A stretch of DNA of 14,369 nucleotides from Candidatus Omnitrophota bacterium (lineage in GTDB: Bacteria; Omnitrophota; Gorgyraeia; Duberdicusellales; 4484-171). Below are positions 13,590-14,369 of this stretch, piece after piece. The notes beneath the pieces were generated by a model. That model did not search any database and had not been told where the DNA came from. It saw only the letters and a list, made by a program, of their open reading frames with translations. The stretch lies in the NCBI GenBank assembly GCA_021735045.1, contig JAIPHU010000019.1, positions 1 to 14,369 of the forward strand, written 5' to 3'. Made by a program: the position numbers and the translations under genes. Each line of letters begins with the position of its first letter. The stretch's first letter is position 1.

Positions 13590-14369
13590 ATGGTTGCTAT
13601 TTCATTATCTGTTATAAAACTTTCCTTAATTGCCTGTTTTGGGTTTGTCCTTTATAAGCAGAAGATTATTGATAAAAGGGTGCTAAAATTTTTAACTTCA
13701 TTTGTTATTAATTTTTCAATTCCCTGTTTATTTTTTTCTCATCTAATAGGCGATTACCAGACAGTCCTTTCTCATTCTATCTGGACTTTTTTAGGAATAA
13801 GTTTTGCCATTTTTTTAGGTGGTTTAATTCTATCGATTTTAATTAGCTGGGGGCGTAATAAAGACAAAAAACGAGAGTTTTTTAGTGTAGTTAGTTTTCA
13901 AAATGCCGGTTATCTACCGATGAATATTGCTTATTTTCTTTTTGCAAAAGACCTAAAGAATGAGTTTTTGGTTTATGTTTTTCTTTATCTTCTAGGCTTT
14001 AATATTCTGATGTGGTCGGTTGGCAGTTTTTTTATTTTTAAGCAAAAATCTGAAAAATTCGGATTTAGGTCTCTATTAAACCCTCCTGTAACAGGTACAT
14101 TAATAGCTTTATTTTTTATCTACACCCATACTGCAAAATTTATCCCGAATTTATTAATGGGGCCGATTGATATGATTGGTCAAACTAGTTTTGTGCTTTC
14201 GATGCTTATTTTAGGCTGCTGGCTTGCCAAAATAGAACTCCAGGATATTTATAAGAGATGGTTTATTCTTCTGGAGGCTTCTTTTTTAAAATTAATAGTC
14301 CTGCCTCTTTTAGTTTTTTTGGTTGTTTTAAAATTTGAATTTTTTTCATTATTAGGATTATTTATAGTG
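13590..14369 (+). CDS. AEC-family (auxin efflux carrier-type) membrane transporter, 3'-truncated by window edge
   Basis: An open frame of 260 codons runs from ATG 13590 to the window end; it is absent from the track because no stop is reached. Highly hydrophobic translation: MVAISLSVIKLSLIACFGFVLYKQKII.., VSFQNAGYLPMNIAYFLF, and LYLLGFNILMWSVG. The N.G..P motif and overall pattern are typical of AEC/PF03547-like permeases. Confidence 0.75.
   Translation, partial: MVAISLSVIKLSLIACFGFVLYKQKIIDKRVLKFLTSFVINFSIPCLFFSHLIGDYQTVLSHSIWTFLGISFAIFLGGLILSILISWGRNKDKKREFFSVVSFQNAGYLPMNIAYFLFAKDLKNEFLVYVFLYLLGFNILMWSVGSFFIFKQKSEKFGFRSLLNPPVTGTLIALFFIYTHTAKFIPNLLMGPIDMIGQTSFVLSMLILGCWLAKIELQDIYKRWFILLEASFLKLIVLPLLVFLVVLKFEFFSLLGLFIV

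Noticed and set aside
1-14369. Alternative genetic code (UGA recoding, as in some uncultivated lineages) and CRISPR or other tandem arrays
   Set aside because: TGA terminates several well-delimited genes (the PilO-like gene, pilins 3 and 4, pyrE and the platform gene). No conserved protein shows an internal in-frame TGA. I saw no repeat-spacer periodicity anywhere in the window.

Overview
AT-rich bacterial chromosomal segment (roughly one-third GC by eye) using the standard genetic code: TAA, TAG and TGA all act as stops. I saw no CRISPR array, rRNA, transposase or integrase. Left edge: three housekeeping genes, rmuC (5'-truncated by the window), a DUF167/YggU-family gene and a YfiH/PgeF-family gene. 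Centre (about 1.83-10.81 kb): one tightly packed same-strand operon encoding a near-complete type IV filament machine. Its order is a small excisionase-family HTH protein, a PilM-PilN fusion (GspL-like architecture), a PilO/GspM-like protein, a PilP/GspC-like protein, a short secretin, a GspE/PilB ATPase with an MshEN-type N-domain, a GspF/PilC platform protein and four prepilin-like genes. The secretin implies a diderm host. No prepilin peptidase, PilT-type retraction ATPase or GspK/PilX-like subunit lies in the window. Right: pyrE, translationally coupled to an M48 lipoprotein metalloprotease; a convergent CPBP (CAAX/Abi) intramembrane protease; tRNA-Ser(CGA); and a 3'-truncated AEC-family transporter driven from a back-to-back promoter pair. 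Every protein family here is known. What deserves a second look is the hybrid T2SS/T4aP organisation, the PilMN fusion, the predicted c-di-GMP-binding motifs in the ATPase, the non-canonical prepilin cleavage sites, and several intergenic structures. All calls rest on reading the translations and the DNA by eye; no database search was possible.
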